From Spirochaetota bacterium (GTDB taxonomy: Bacteria; Spirochaetota; Spirochaetia; SPDA01; JAJSAL01), in contig JAJSAL010000041.1 in assembly GCA_024274705.1 (NCBI GenBank), forward strand, positions 1,684-65,683: 64,000 nucleotides of DNA, read 5' to 3'. Below, in pieces: positions 9,275-19,681 of the stretch (position 1 is its first letter; each line of letters begins with the position of its first letter). The notes under the pieces were generated by a model. The model saw only the letters and a list, made by a program, of their open reading frames with translations, did not search any database and was not told the origin of the DNA. The position numbers and the translations under genes were made by a program.

Positions 9275-10810
9275 ATGGGTGACATCCTTGAGATGAAAGG
9301 GATAACCAAGATCTTTTTCGGCGGTGTAACAGCGAATGAGGGCATCAATTTCACCCTGAGAAAAGGGGAAGTTCACTCCATCCTTGGAGAAAACGGCGCC
9401 GGCAAAAGCACCCTCATGAATATACTCTCCGGGGTCCTCCATCCTACCGCAGGGGAGATTTTTCTGAATAATGAGAAAGTGGTGTTTGAATCCGCTAAAG
9501 ATGCGATTTATAAAGGAATTGGAATGGTATATCAGCATTTTATGCTGGTACCGAGGCTTACCGTCGCGGAAAATATCATACTGGGAATCCGCCGCGATCG
9601 TGAACCCCTCCTTCAGATTAAAAAGGCGGCAGAGGAGATTACCGCTTTTGCCGGGCAGTACGGAATGGAGATAGATCCTTTCGTTCCGGTATGGCAGTTG
9701 AGTGTGGGGCAGGAACAACGGGTTGAAATTATAAAAGTGCTGTTCCGCGGGGCGAAGATTCTCATTCTCGATGAGCCTACCGCGGTGTTAACGCTGAAGG
9801 AGACGGAAGAGCTGTTTAAAATGATCCGGACTTTTATTGAACAGGATTTCTCCGTTGTCTTCATAAGTCATAAAATAGACGAGGTTATCAGGATCAGTGA
9901 CAGGATCTCCATCCTGCGGCGGAGCCGTTTGGTGGAGACCCTGGACAACAGGGAGCTTTCAAAGAAAAAGCTTGCGAGGCTTATGGTCGGTAGGGATGTC
10001 TCCTTCTCCATCGATAAGAAGGCATGCTGCGCCGGTGATGCAGTCCTTACACTCGAACATGTTTACGCGAAAAATAATAAAGGCCTGGAAGCCCTAAAGG
10101 ATGTCAGTATAACAGTCAGGGAAGGGGAGATATTAGGCATTGCGGGTGTGGATGGGAACGGGCAGAGCGAACTCCTGGAAGTGATAACCGGCTTGAGGAG
10201 GGTCGTGGAAGGAAGAATAACTCTCAATCGCGAAGATATTGCGGGAAAGGACCCCCGTTCCATCCTTGAAATGGGACTGGCCCATATCCCTGAAGACAGA
10301 CATGCCAGGGGATTGGTGCTCGATCTTAATATCAAAGAGAATTTCATATCCAACGATTATTATATCCCTCCTCATTCGAAGAGGAACTGGATAAACTGGC
10401 CTTTTATCCGGAAACACACCCGTGAAAATGTGAAGCGCTTTGATGTGAGGACATCATCGATCGATGTGCCCGTATCCGGTCTTTCCGGTGGGAATCAGCA
10501 AAAACTGATTCTTGCCCGGGAACTGCATAGTGAACCGGTTATCATAGCAGCCATGCACGCAGCCAGGGGGTTGGATGTGGGAGCGGTCGAGTATATTCAT
10601 AAACGGATTATAGAAGCGAGAGATAGAGGAACCGCAATTCTCTATATCTCGACGGAACTGGAAGAGCTTATCAATATCTCCGACAGGCTAGCCGTCATGT
10701 GCCGCGGTGAAATAATGGGTGTAGTTGACCCCAGGGTGGCAACCATCGAAGAGATCGGATTGATGATGGCAGGTTATAAACACGAACAAACAGCCGGGCA
10801 ACAGAGATAA
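9275..10810 (+). CDS. Two-domain ABC ATPase (CUT2/nucleoside)
   Basis: GENGAGKST, LDEPT and LSGGNQQK motifs; GGGAGG RBS before ATG 9275. Confidence 0.92.
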   Translation: MGDILEMKGITKIFFGGVTANEGINFTLRKGEVHSILGENGAGKSTLMNILSGVLHPTAGEIFLNNEKVVFESAKDAIYKGIGMVYQHFMLVPRLTVAENIILGIRRDREPLLQIKKAAEEITAFAGQYGMEIDPFVPVWQLSVGQEQRVEIIKVLFRGAKILILDEPTAVLTLKETEELFKMIRTFIEQDFSVVFISHKIDEVIRISDRISILRRSRLVETLDNRELSKKKLARLMVGRDVSFSIDKKACCAGDAVLTLEHVYAKNNKGLEALKDVSITVREGEILGIAGVDGNGQSELLEVITGLRRVVEGRITLNREDIAGKDPRSILEMGLAHIPEDRHARGLVLDLNIKENFISNDYYIPPHSKRNWINWPFIRKHTRENVKRFDVRTSSIDVPVSGLSGGNQQKLILARELHSEPVIIAAMHAARGLDVGAVEYIHKRIIEARDRGTAILYISTELEELINISDRLAVMCRGEIMGVVDPRVATIEEIGLMMAGYKHEQTAGQQR

Positions 10811-10822
10811 TCGCCGCGGGGT

Positions 10823-11560
10823 ATGAAGGAAGTGATGAACCCGAGAAGAAAAAAGATTCATAAATACCAGATCATCAAGAAGCATCTCCAGGATATGATC
10901 GGCCGCATGAGACCAGGACACAACAAGCTGGATACCGAGGAGATCATAGCTGCAAAGATGGGTGCCAGCAAGGCAACGGTCCGGCAGGCGATAACAGAGC
11001 TGATTGCCGGTGATTTAATTACCAGGGTCCAGGGGAAGGGCGTTTTCGGCAGGCCCATGGTAAGCCGGCTGAAGATGCGTATCCACAAAATGACCGATTT
11101 TTTATCACTTCTTGTGGAGCAGGGGTATCGTGTGTCGGTACTGCAGGGAAAAGCAGAGGTTCGTTCCCCCTCGGCCTGCATGATCAAACGGGTACCCGGG
11201 TATGCAGGTGAGGATGTGTATGCGTATGTCAGAACGTATTATGCAGACGAAGCACCGGTCATTCTGTGCAGGGTGGAAGTCCCCATGTCCCGGGTAGCAC
11301 ACTCCTTTGATTCAAATGTTCCGAATCTTAATTTCAACGATGATCTTAAGGAGCTCTGCGGAATTTCATTCACCTATGCGGTTTCATGGATCCGGGCTTC
11401 TCTCGATAAACAGGGAGAAGAGCTGTTTCAGGTAGAAAAAAACACCCCCTTTGTCACCTGGGACGAGGTTTTTCTCGATATTCATGATCAGCAGATATGT
11501 TACAATGAAATTCTGTTCCACCCCCATTTAATCGACATGTCGATAATTTCCTATTTCTAA
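10823..11560 (+). CDS. GntR/HutC-family regulator with UTRA domain
   Basis: L..E..IA.KMGASKATVRQAI..L...LI.R.QGKG.F winged HTH; paralog of 13733. Confidence 0.8.
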   Translation: MKEVMNPRRKKIHKYQIIKKHLQDMIGRMRPGHNKLDTEEIIAAKMGASKATVRQAITELIAGDLITRVQGKGVFGRPMVSRLKMRIHKMTDFLSLLVEQGYRVSVLQGKAEVRSPSACMIKRVPGYAGEDVYAYVRTYYADEAPVILCRVEVPMSRVAHSFDSNVPNLNFNDDLKELCGISFTYAVSWIRASLDKQGEELFQVEKNTPFVTWDEVFLDIHDQQICYNEILFHPHLIDMSIISYF

Positions 11561-11572
11561 GTGGAAGGATAC

Positions 11573-12967
11573 ATGGATGTATTAATAGAAAACGGTCTTC
11601 TCGTTACAGTCAATAAGGAACGGGAAATCCTGGAGCATCATTCCATCGCTGTTCAGGGGAACAGGATTGCGGAGATCGGTCCCGCGGAAATGATTGCATC
11701 GAAATTCAAAGATGTCCGGAAAAAAATCGATGCCGCCGGGAAAATAGTTTTCCCGGGGCTCATCAACACCCACACCCACCTGTTCCAGACCCTGCTTAAA
11801 GGTTTAGGGGACGATATGGCCCTTGCAGACTGGCTTGCCACCATGACGTTTCCCAGCGCCGCGCATCTGACTCCGGAGTATGTGTATGCCGCAGCCATGC
11901 TCGGATGTGTTGAAGGAATACGAAGCGGAACAACAACTGTACTTGATTATATGTATCCCCATTCCATGCAGGGACTTTCCGACGGTGTTATAGAGGCTTT
12001 CCGGACCCTGAAAATCCGGGGAATCCTGGGGCGCGGCATGATGAATACAGGTGAAGAGTTCGGTGTTGATCCACGAATAATGCAGGATAGCCGAACGATT
12101 GAGAAAGATGTACTCCGGTTAGTGCGGAAATACCATGCCACCGAGAACGGAAGGGTTAGTGTCTGGCTCGCCCCGGCTGCTATATGGTCGATCACCGGAG
12201 ACCTGCTGAAACTCACCTGGTCTATCGCCTGTGAATACGGGACCGGGTTTACCGTTCATATTTCCGAAACCCCTTTTGACAGGGCCGCATCTGAAAAACT
12301 CCACGGGTTACCCGATGTGGAAGTACTCGGGAAACTGAACATTCTCGGTCCCGCCGTCCTGATGGTCCACTGTGTTCATCTCACCGGAAAGGACATTGAC
12401 ATGGCCCGGGCGAATGATCTTAAGGTATCCCACAATCCGGTGAGCAACATGTATCTTTCTTCAGGTATCGCACCGGTTACACAGATGCTCGGGAAGGGAA
12501 TTACCGTCGGACTCGGAACCGACGGTGCGGCGAGCAATAATTCTCAGGATATGATAGAGGTCATGAAAACCACCGCCCTCCTTCACAAAGTGGCTACCAT
12601 GAACCCTGTTGCGATTTCCGCCGAAACGGTGCTGGAGATGGCTACAATTGACGGGGCAAAAGCTATCGGCATGGAAGATGAGATCGGTTCCCTTGAAGCC
12701 GGAAAGAAGGCGGATTTTTTTATTTACGATCCTTCACGCTCCGCAAAATCCACCCCTGTTTTCAACCCCGTGTCTGCACTGGTATATACCGGTTCGCAGA
12801 TGAATGTGGAAACGGTTGTAATCGACGGCAATATTGTGATGGAAGACGGCAAGCTCCTTTCCGCAGATGAGGAAATGGTTATTAAAGACGGACAGAAAAC
12901 GGCTGATGATCTGGCACAAAAGTCAGGAAGTATAAAAAATAAATACCGGTCATGGAAATGGCGGTAG
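11573..12967 (+). CDS. MtaD/AtzA/8-oxoguanine deaminase-like amidohydrolase
   Basis: PGLINTHTH, VHISET, VHCVH, HNP.SN and GLGTDGAASNN motifs. Confidence 0.88.
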   Translation: MDVLIENGLLVTVNKEREILEHHSIAVQGNRIAEIGPAEMIASKFKDVRKKIDAAGKIVFPGLINTHTHLFQTLLKGLGDDMALADWLATMTFPSAAHLTPEYVYAAAMLGCVEGIRSGTTTVLDYMYPHSMQGLSDGVIEAFRTLKIRGILGRGMMNTGEEFGVDPRIMQDSRTIEKDVLRLVRKYHATENGRVSVWLAPAAIWSITGDLLKLTWSIACEYGTGFTVHISETPFDRAASEKLHGLPDVEVLGKLNILGPAVLMVHCVHLTGKDIDMARANDLKVSHNPVSNMYLSSGIAPVTQMLGKGITVGLGTDGAASNNSQDMIEVMKTTALLHKVATMNPVAISAETVLEMATIDGAKAIGMEDEIGSLEAGKKADFFIYDPSRSAKSTPVFNPVSALVYTGSQMNVETVVIDGNIVMEDGKLLSADEEMVIKDGQKTADDLAQKSGSIKNKYRSWKWR

Positions 12968-13009
12968 CAAACACGGACCCGGAAGATTCCGGTGTATAAG
13001 AGGTGTGGT

Positions 13010-13621
13010 ATGGCAAGAATTCTGGGCGTGAGCAGCAGCCCGCGAAAAAAATCAGGGACAGAGTACATGGTAAAACTCGCCCTGGAGGAAGCGGAAAAAA
13101 TGGGGATGGATACAGAGCTGGTTTCGCTGAGAAACCGGAAGATCAACCCCTGTATCCACTGCGACAAGTGTATCCGGGAGAATATGGACAGGTGTGCAAT
13201 CTGGGAAGACGGTATGACCCCCCTGTACGATGTGTTCTACCAGGCTGACGGGTACGTGTTCGGTTCGCCTGTGTATGAGATGGGCGTGAACAGCCAGATG
13301 GCTGCATTTTACGACCGTTTCCGAGCGGTGTGGATGGTATTACAGAAAGATTACAAATTTTTCTACAACAAGGTAGGAGGTGCCCTGGCAGTTGGCGGGG
13401 CACGTTCCGGTGGGCAGGAATTTACCATTCTGCGAATTCATAACTTCTATTCCACCATGGGGATCACCATCGCTACCATGGGGGCTCCTCAGTACAACGG
13501 AGCCACCGGGTGGAGCAATGGAGGAACCTTTGAGGCCCTCCTGGAAGACGAAACAGGGTTGAACCAGGCAAGAATGCTGGGGGAGAGGGTAGCCCTGGCT
13601 GTAAAAAAAATGTCGGGCTGA
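13010..13621 (+). CDS. Iron-sulfur flavoprotein (Isf family), paralog of 4060
   Basis: SSPR..SGT, CIHCDKC..C, SPVY and GGARSGGQE motifs. Confidence 0.88.
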   Translation: MARILGVSSSPRKKSGTEYMVKLALEEAEKMGMDTELVSLRNRKINPCIHCDKCIRENMDRCAIWEDGMTPLYDVFYQADGYVFGSPVYEMGVNSQMAAFYDRFRAVWMVLQKDYKFFYNKVGGALAVGGARSGGQEFTILRIHNFYSTMGITIATMGAPQYNGATGWSNGGTFEALLEDETGLNQARMLGERVALAVKKMSG

Positions 13622-13694
13622 TATCCGGCGACAGAATTCCGGTGGTGTACGAAGGCGATGAGCCGGACTTCCCGGTCTTCCCCTCCTGTTTTTC

Positions 13695-13723
13695 TTGACA
13701 GGACCGGCACTATCCAATACCAT
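13695..13723 (+). promoter_or_regulatory. sigma70 promoter giving a near-leaderless gntR mRNA
   Basis: TTGACA-17bp-TACCAT ending 9 nt before ATG 13733. Confidence 0.6.
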
Positions 13724-13732
13724 TTGAGAAGT

Positions 13733-14482
13733 ATGATGAGCAGACCTATAAAATCCCAGACCTCTCCTCTCTATGTCATGGCAAAAGAAGCCATCATGGA
13801 GCTGGTCAATGAAGACTCCTTTCCCGGCGGCAAACTGCCTTCGGAAGCAGTGCTGTCGGAGTCTTTAGGCATCAGCAGGACCACCATACGTGAAGCCCTT
13901 ATTACCCTCCACAGGGAGGGGATTATTACAAAGCAGCACGGTCTGGGAAACCTGATTCACAGAAGTACCCTGGGGACAAAGATGCAGATCGACCGGTTTT
14001 CCGATTTTAAGGCCCTCCTGAAAGATGGGGGATACGAGGCCGATGTTGCCAGGTCCGAACAGGAGTGGGTCAGGAACCTGGAACCTTTCGGTCTGGAAGA
14101 TCCTGAGCAGACTGAAAATGAGCGGTATCTGTACGTAGAAAGCATCTACAGCGCGGATGCAAAGGCTGCGATACTTTCCCAGAACTTCATCAAAGAATCG
14201 GTGCTCCGAAAAGATATCGGGGATAAAAAAAACGTACCGGAAAGCAGTTTTGTGGAACTCCTTAACCTGTTTTCAAAAGAGGAAGTGGCTAATACCATTA
14301 TTGCTTTCAAACCGTCTGTCGTGGATAACGTGGTTTCGGAAAAGCTCTGTCTTGGCAAGGGCCTGCCGGTAATGCAGTGGCAGGAAACCTCCTACAGTGT
14401 GTTTGACCGTGTCATCTGCCTGGGCAAGATCACCTTCCACCCGGAATTGGTCAATCTCACCCTGCTTCGAAAATGGAAATGA
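13733..14482 (+). CDS. GntR/HutC-family regulator with UTRA domain
   Basis: PLY, LPSE..LS..LGISRTTIREAL..L..EG and HG.G motifs. Confidence 0.88.
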   Translation: MMSRPIKSQTSPLYVMAKEAIMELVNEDSFPGGKLPSEAVLSESLGISRTTIREALITLHREGIITKQHGLGNLIHRSTLGTKMQIDRFSDFKALLKDGGYEADVARSEQEWVRNLEPFGLEDPEQTENERYLYVESIYSADAKAAILSQNFIKESVLRKDIGDKKNVPESSFVELLNLFSKEEVANTIIAFKPSVVDNVVSEKLCLGKGLPVMQWQETSYSVFDRVICLGKITFHPELVNLTLLRKWK

Positions 14483-14772
14483 AGCACCGCCAGGTATCGG
14501 TGACAGTAAAGTATTTCAATCTTATCAGGGACCTGACAGGCTGCAGTAACGAAACGGTAACACTTCATGAGGGGTGCACCCTTGGAGATCTTCTCCTCCG
14601 GCTTAAAGAAACCTATGGTGAACAATTCACCCGGTATCTGTATACGGACGAGGGTGAACTCCAATCTTATGTAAGGGTCGTCCGGAGCGGTCGCTTCGGG
14701 CAGGAAGATGCGGATTCTGTTCTGTCCGATGATGATGAGGTGTACCTTTTTGTCGCCACTTCCGGGGGGTGA
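14479..14772 (+). CDS. MoaD/ThiS-family ubiquitin-like sulfur carrier
   Basis: V.VKYF..IRD.TG N-terminus and C-terminal SGG; ATGA overlap with gntR. Confidence 0.85.
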   Translation: MKHRQVSVTVKYFNLIRDLTGCSNETVTLHEGCTLGDLLLRLKETYGEQFTRYLYTDEGELQSYVRVVRSGRFGQEDADSVLSDDDEVYLFVATSGG

Positions 14773-14875
14773 TGCGGGATTTTTCCCTTGACAACGGGCA
14801 GGACGTTCGCCGTTATGTCTGCAAGAAAAACGTATCGGGAACATCATGAAACAATAATCTAAGGGTGGAAAGTTT

Positions 14876-16582
14876 ATGAACATACTACGAATCGACTGCA
14901 ACAACAAAAGTTTTCAGTATGAAGGACTGCCGGAGTATTTTACTGCAGTCGCAGGCAGGGGATTCATCGCCAGGATACTCCGGGACGAGGTTCCTGCAGA
15001 GTGTTATCCCCTGGGGCCGGAGAATAAGCTGATTATCTGTAACGGTCCCCTGGCAGGTGTGGGAATTTCCAGCGCCGGACGGCTTTCTATCGGGGGGAAA
15101 AGTCCCTTAACCGGCGGCGTCAAAGAGAGCAACAGCGGAGGGACGGCGGCGGACGCCCTGGCACAGCTGGGCTTACGGGGGATGATCCTGGAAAATCAGC
15201 TTAACGGGAACAGCTGGTATCTGCTTAAAATAGAAGAGGACCATGTCGAGTTTATCGATGCCTGCGATTACACAGGACTCGGCAACTACGATCTCCGAAA
15301 AAAACTGGTGCAGGATTTCGGTGAAGGGTACAGCACCATCACCATCGGACCATCCGGGGAAAAACAGTATTTGAATTCATCAATCGCAATAAATGACAGG
15401 TTCGGACGTCCCGGAAGGGTCGCTGCCCGGGGCGGCCTGGGCGCCCTCATGGGTTCGAAACGGATCAAGGCGATTCTGATCAGGGAAAAAGGCAGCTATA
15501 AGCCCGCCGGGGCGGAATCAGCGGCCTTCAAAGATGCACGGCGGGAGTTTCACCGGATCGTGAAAGAGAGCGAACGGATCAAGGTACTCCGGGAGTACGG
15601 TACGGCATCAACCGTCATGGATGCCCAGCGGCTGGGTGCCCTTCCTACCTGCAATTTTACCCGGGGCCAGTTCGAGGATGCAGAAAAGATATCAGGGGAA
15701 ACCCTCCATGACCTTATCCTTTCCCGGGGAGGGGATGGGACCAACAGCGAGTCCTGCATGGGCGTGTGCATCATCCAGTGTTCAAACCTTTATGTGGACG
15801 CTGGAGGAAAAGAGGTGGTAGGACCCGTGGAGTACGAGACTATAAGTCTCTTAGGATCTAATCTCGGTATCGGGGACCTGGATGTCATCGCTCATCTTAA
15901 CTATCTCTGCAACGATTACGGCCTGGACACCATCGAAACCGGCGGAGCCCTGGGAGTGATGGCGGAAGCCGGACTCCTCCGGTTCGGTGAAGCCGGGGAT
16001 TTTATCAGAGCAGTACATGAAGTGCCTGAAGGAGGCTGGCTGGGACTCCTTATAGGTATGGGTACCGGTATTACGGCAAAAGTGCTGAATGTCCGCAGGG
16101 CCCCGGTGGTGAAGAACCAGTGCATGTCCGGGTATGATCCCAGGGGGGTAAAGGGGACAGGCGTCACCTATGCCACCTCCCCCATGGGAGCGGACCATAC
16201 CGCAGGCCTTACGGTGTACATGCCGGTGGACCATCACGACAAGAAGGACCAGGTGGAAACGTCCCGGAAGATGCAGGTAAGCCGGGCCTCTTACGATGTG
16301 CTCGGCTTGTGCGCATTCCTCCTGGCCGCTACTGCCATGCATGGCGATAAAGTAATCGCAATGCTGAACGGTCTGTACGGTCTCGACCTCCCGCCGGATT
16401 ATCTCGGGAGGATCGGGAATGAGACCATCCTGCTGGAAAAGAAGTTCAACCTGGCTGCCGGTTTCGATAAAAAGGATGACCGGATACCTGCATTTTTCAA
16501 AGAGGAAAAACTTCCCCCTTTCGATCTTCAATGGGATATCGATGATGCGGAAATGGATGTCATATTCGGAGGATCTGTATGA
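14876..16582 (+). CDS. Tungsten aldehyde:ferredoxin oxidoreductase (AOR family)
   Basis: KSPLTGG.KESNSGG, RGGLGA.MGSK.IKAI, CxxxCxxxC, EYET, DTIETG, GADH and GLC motifs. Confidence 0.92.
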   Translation: MNILRIDCNNKSFQYEGLPEYFTAVAGRGFIARILRDEVPAECYPLGPENKLIICNGPLAGVGISSAGRLSIGGKSPLTGGVKESNSGGTAADALAQLGLRGMILENQLNGNSWYLLKIEEDHVEFIDACDYTGLGNYDLRKKLVQDFGEGYSTITIGPSGEKQYLNSSIAINDRFGRPGRVAARGGLGALMGSKRIKAILIREKGSYKPAGAESAAFKDARREFHRIVKESERIKVLREYGTASTVMDAQRLGALPTCNFTRGQFEDAEKISGETLHDLILSRGGDGTNSESCMGVCIIQCSNLYVDAGGKEVVGPVEYETISLLGSNLGIGDLDVIAHLNYLCNDYGLDTIETGGALGVMAEAGLLRFGEAGDFIRAVHEVPEGGWLGLLIGMGTGITAKVLNVRRAPVVKNQCMSGYDPRGVKGTGVTYATSPMGADHTAGLTVYMPVDHHDKKDQVETSRKMQVSRASYDVLGLCAFLLAATAMHGDKVIAMLNGLYGLDLPPDYLGRIGNETILLEKKFNLAAGFDKKDDRIPAFFKEEKLPPFDLQWDIDDAEMDVIFGGSV

Positions 16583-17922
16583 TACATGATTTGCGCTCAT
16601 TCCTTAAGGTACTTAAAAGTAACGGGGAGCTTCTCGAAATAAAAAAGGAAGTTGACCTGAAACACGAAATAGGGTCAGTCATAGCTTCACTGGAGCGGAA
16701 AGGTGGGGAAGCAGCCTATTTCGCCAACGTAAAAGGACACCGCATTCATGTTACCGGGGGACTCCTTTCGGACCACCGGAAGATTGCGCTGGCACTGGGC
16801 TGTAAGGTGGAAGAGGTGTCGGACCGTGTGGAAGCAGCCCTGGCGTGTAAGGAAACGATAAAACCTGAAGAGGTGGAAAATCCGGCTTTTAAGGAAAATA
16901 TTCTCACCGGCGACCAAGTGGACCTGTCCACAATTCCTATTCCCATCCATGCTCCTGAGGACGGAGGTCCTTTTATCACTGCGGGAGTTACCATCTCCAG
17001 GGCCTTAGGCGGCGGCAGGCAGAACGTCTCCTTTCAGCGGATGCATATAAAAGAGAAAAACCGAACCGGGGTGATGATCAACGAATGGAGGCATCTGAAA
17101 GAATTCCTCGACAGGGCGGAATCGGAGCGGAAAAGCCTACCCATTGCCGTCGCCGTTGGAGTGGACCCGGTTATCATGATGGCTGCGGGTATCCGGACGG
17201 ACCTGGATGAACTTGAACTTGCGTGCCGGCTTCGGGGCAAACCCATAGAGGTATCCAGGTGCCACACCTCTGATCTGCTGGTGCCCGCTTTCGCGGAGTT
17301 CGTCATCGAAGGAGAGATCCTGGCGGGAGTGCGGGACGATGAAGGTCCCCTCGCGGAGTTCACCGGACATTACGGGCTTCTGTGGAAGAGCCCCGTGTTC
17401 CAGGTAAAAGCGGTATGCCACAGGAACAACCCTATCTGGCAGACCCTGAATGGAGCGTCTCACGAACACATCAACTTAGGGAACGTCCTTTCCCGGGAAC
17501 CTGTATTAAAAAAGTACACAACCTACGTGTCGAAAAACGTTAAGAACGTCCATATTCCTCCGTACGGTGCTGGATTCCTTGCCCTTATCTCCATGGACAA
17601 GAAGAACGAAGGGGAACCGAAAAACGCAGCAATGGCCGCCATGGTCTCCCATGTGAATATCAAGACTGTCGTAGTGCTGGATACCGATGTGGATATATAC
17701 AATCCCGCGGATGTGCTCTGGGCCCTGGCGAACAGGATCGATCCCAGGGAAGATGTATTTATCATCCCCAACGCCCAGGGGCACGAACTGGATCCGGCCA
17801 GCGATGAACGGGGAGTGCAGACGAAAATGGGTATCGACGCCACCCTCTGGGAAACGAAGAAGGACCTGAAAAAAGTTGTATATCCCTCGGTGGATTTAAG
17901 TCCCTACCGGGAAGAATCGTAA
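16579..17922 (+). CDS. UbiD-family prFMN-dependent (de)carboxylase
   Basis: DLRSFL, DGGPFIT, EFVIEGEI, EGPLAEFTGHY, D.DVDI, LDP and KMGIDAT motifs. Confidence 0.92.
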   Translation: MIHDLRSFLKVLKSNGELLEIKKEVDLKHEIGSVIASLERKGGEAAYFANVKGHRIHVTGGLLSDHRKIALALGCKVEEVSDRVEAALACKETIKPEEVENPAFKENILTGDQVDLSTIPIPIHAPEDGGPFITAGVTISRALGGGRQNVSFQRMHIKEKNRTGVMINEWRHLKEFLDRAESERKSLPIAVAVGVDPVIMMAAGIRTDLDELELACRLRGKPIEVSRCHTSDLLVPAFAEFVIEGEILAGVRDDEGPLAEFTGHYGLLWKSPVFQVKAVCHRNNPIWQTLNGASHEHINLGNVLSREPVLKKYTTYVSKNVKNVHIPPYGAGFLALISMDKKNEGEPKNAAMAAMVSHVNIKTVVVLDTDVDIYNPADVLWALANRIDPREDVFIIPNAQGHELDPASDERGVQTKMGIDATLWETKKDLKKVVYPSVDLSPYREES

Positions 17923-17932
17923 GGGAGGAACT

Positions 17933-19096
17933 ATGAAAGGATCAATTACAACATTCGGAATGCCTACGGAAATCATTTCAGGACCAGGGGCTCATAACAG
18001 GATTCCGGAATTTTTAGTCCCTGGGAAAAACACTCTCCTGGTAACAGACAAGGGCCTCGCAGATTCGGATATCGTACTAAAAGTAACATCTGTCTTAAAC
18101 GGCGCCGGTTTCCCGGTGAAGGTCGCGAGCGACATCACACCGAACCCGGACGAAGAGACAGTTAACCGGCTCACCGCTTATTTGAAGGAAAACAGTATCT
18201 TCCAGGTTGTTGCCCTGGGAGGAGGGAGTCCCCTTGATGCCGCTAAAGCGGCTTGTGCCATGGTTACCAATGAAGGACCGTTAGAAGACTACCAGTGGAA
18301 TAATAAACCTTTTACCAAGCCTCCGCTTCTTTTGATTGCAGTACCCACAACTGCGGGAACAGGGAGCGAGGTAACGGGAGTTGCGGTTATCACCAGCAGA
18401 AATGCGAAAAAGGGGATCAAAAAGAGAGAGATCTTCCCTGAAATCGCGGTTATCGATCCGGAGCTGATGGTCTCCCTGCCCGGGTTTCTGACAGCCACAA
18501 CCGGTATGGATGCCCTGACCCATGCGGTGGAGGCATATGTCGGGAAAAACACACATCCCATAACTGATAGCCTGGCAGTGTCGGCGATTCGTCTCATAGG
18601 CGGTAATCTCCGTAAGGTGGTAGAAAATGGATCGGATCTACAGGCCAGGGAAAACATGGCTATGGCAAGTACCCTGGCAGGTATTGCCATGGATCAGGCC
18701 GGGCTGGGGATCGTTCATTCTCTCTCCGGGCCGGTATGTTCCTTCATGCATCTTGCCCACGGTTTGGCAAATGCCGTGCTTCTTCCCTTCGGGATGGAGT
18801 ATAACCTTTCGGCCCGGTATAAGAGGTTTGCCGTAATCGCGGAACTCCTGGGTGGTGATACCGGTGGAATGAAGGAAGAAGATGCAGCTAAGCTTTCGCT
18901 AAAGCTGGTTCACCGGCTCCTTGACGACATAGGGCTTTCCGGGGAGCTGGAAAAGGTCCGCCAAGCCTTTAAAGAAAGGAAAGACCTGCATGTGTTCGGT
19001 GAGAGTGCTGCCGATATGTTTCTCATCAGGAACAATCCAAGGCCTGCTTCGGCGGAAGAGTGTACTGAACTATTCAGCATTATTGCCGGAGGATGA
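17933..19096 (+). CDS. Iron-containing alcohol dehydrogenase
   Basis: GGGSPLDAAK, PTTAGTGSE, DALTHAVE and H..HG.ANA motifs. Confidence 0.92.
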   Translation: MKGSITTFGMPTEIISGPGAHNRIPEFLVPGKNTLLVTDKGLADSDIVLKVTSVLNGAGFPVKVASDITPNPDEETVNRLTAYLKENSIFQVVALGGGSPLDAAKAACAMVTNEGPLEDYQWNNKPFTKPPLLLIAVPTTAGTGSEVTGVAVITSRNAKKGIKKREIFPEIAVIDPELMVSLPGFLTATTGMDALTHAVEAYVGKNTHPITDSLAVSAIRLIGGNLRKVVENGSDLQARENMAMASTLAGIAMDQAGLGIVHSLSGPVCSFMHLAHGLANAVLLPFGMEYNLSARYKRFAVIAELLGGDTGGMKEEDAAKLSLKLVHRLLDDIGLSGELEKVRQAFKERKDLHVFGESAADMFLIRNNPRPASAEECTELFSIIAGG

Positions 19097-19102
19097 GCTG
19101 AC

Positions 19103-19681
19103 ATGGGAAGAGTTGTTATCGTCGGCATAACAGGTGCGTCAGGAGCGGTATACGGAATCCGCCTGGCAGAGGTGCTAAAGGATACCCCTGGTATCGAGGT
19201 ACACCTGGTCTTAAGTGAATGGGCTAAGGAGACCATACGGATAGAGACGGACTACGTACCGGAACACATTCTTGCCATGGCCCACGCCTGTTATGACAAC
19301 CAGGACATGGCCGCTGCCATTTCCAGCGGCTCTTTCCCGGCGGAAGGGATGATCATAGTGCCTGCCAGCATGAAAACAGTGGCTGGAATCGCATGCGGAT
19401 TTTCCTCCAACCTCATCATCCGTGCCGCCGATGTTTCAATTAAGGAACAACGGAAGGTTATCATCGTTCCACGGGAAACCCCTTTAAGCGCCATCCACCT
19501 GGAAAACCTCCTCAAGCTCTCCCGTCTGGGGGTGTCGGTGCTTCCGGCGATCCCCGGTTTCTACACCCGTCCGAAGACCATAGAAGACTTGGTGGACCAC
19601 ACAGTCGGCAAAATCCTGGATCAGTTCGGCATCGAACACAACCTTATAAAACGGTGGGGAGATGAAACGAAAGGAACCTGA
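19103..19681 (+). CDS. ubiX: Flavin prenyltransferase
   Basis: VGITGASG, ISSGS, PASMKT, RAADV..KE.R and PRETP motifs. Confidence 0.93.
   Translation: MGRVVIVGITGASGAVYGIRLAEVLKDTPGIEVHLVLSEWAKETIRIETDYVPEHILAMAHACYDNQDMAAAISSGSFPAEGMIIVPASMKTVAGIACGFSSNLIIRAADVSIKEQRKVIIVPRETPLSAIHLENLLKLSRLGVSVLPAIPGFYTRPKTIEDLVDHTVGKILDQFGIEHNLIKRWGDETKGT

Noticed and set aside
11558-11575. GntR stop followed in frame by GTG of the amidohydrolase (possible fusion)
   Set aside because: The stop is TAA and the downstream gene has its own AAGGA RBS and ATG at 11573
12976-12995. CCGG..CCGG mini-hairpins in several intergenic gaps (also near 2532, 13625, 24758, 38354) as a REP family
   Set aside because: Loops and flanks are unrelated and CCGG is very common throughout this sequence
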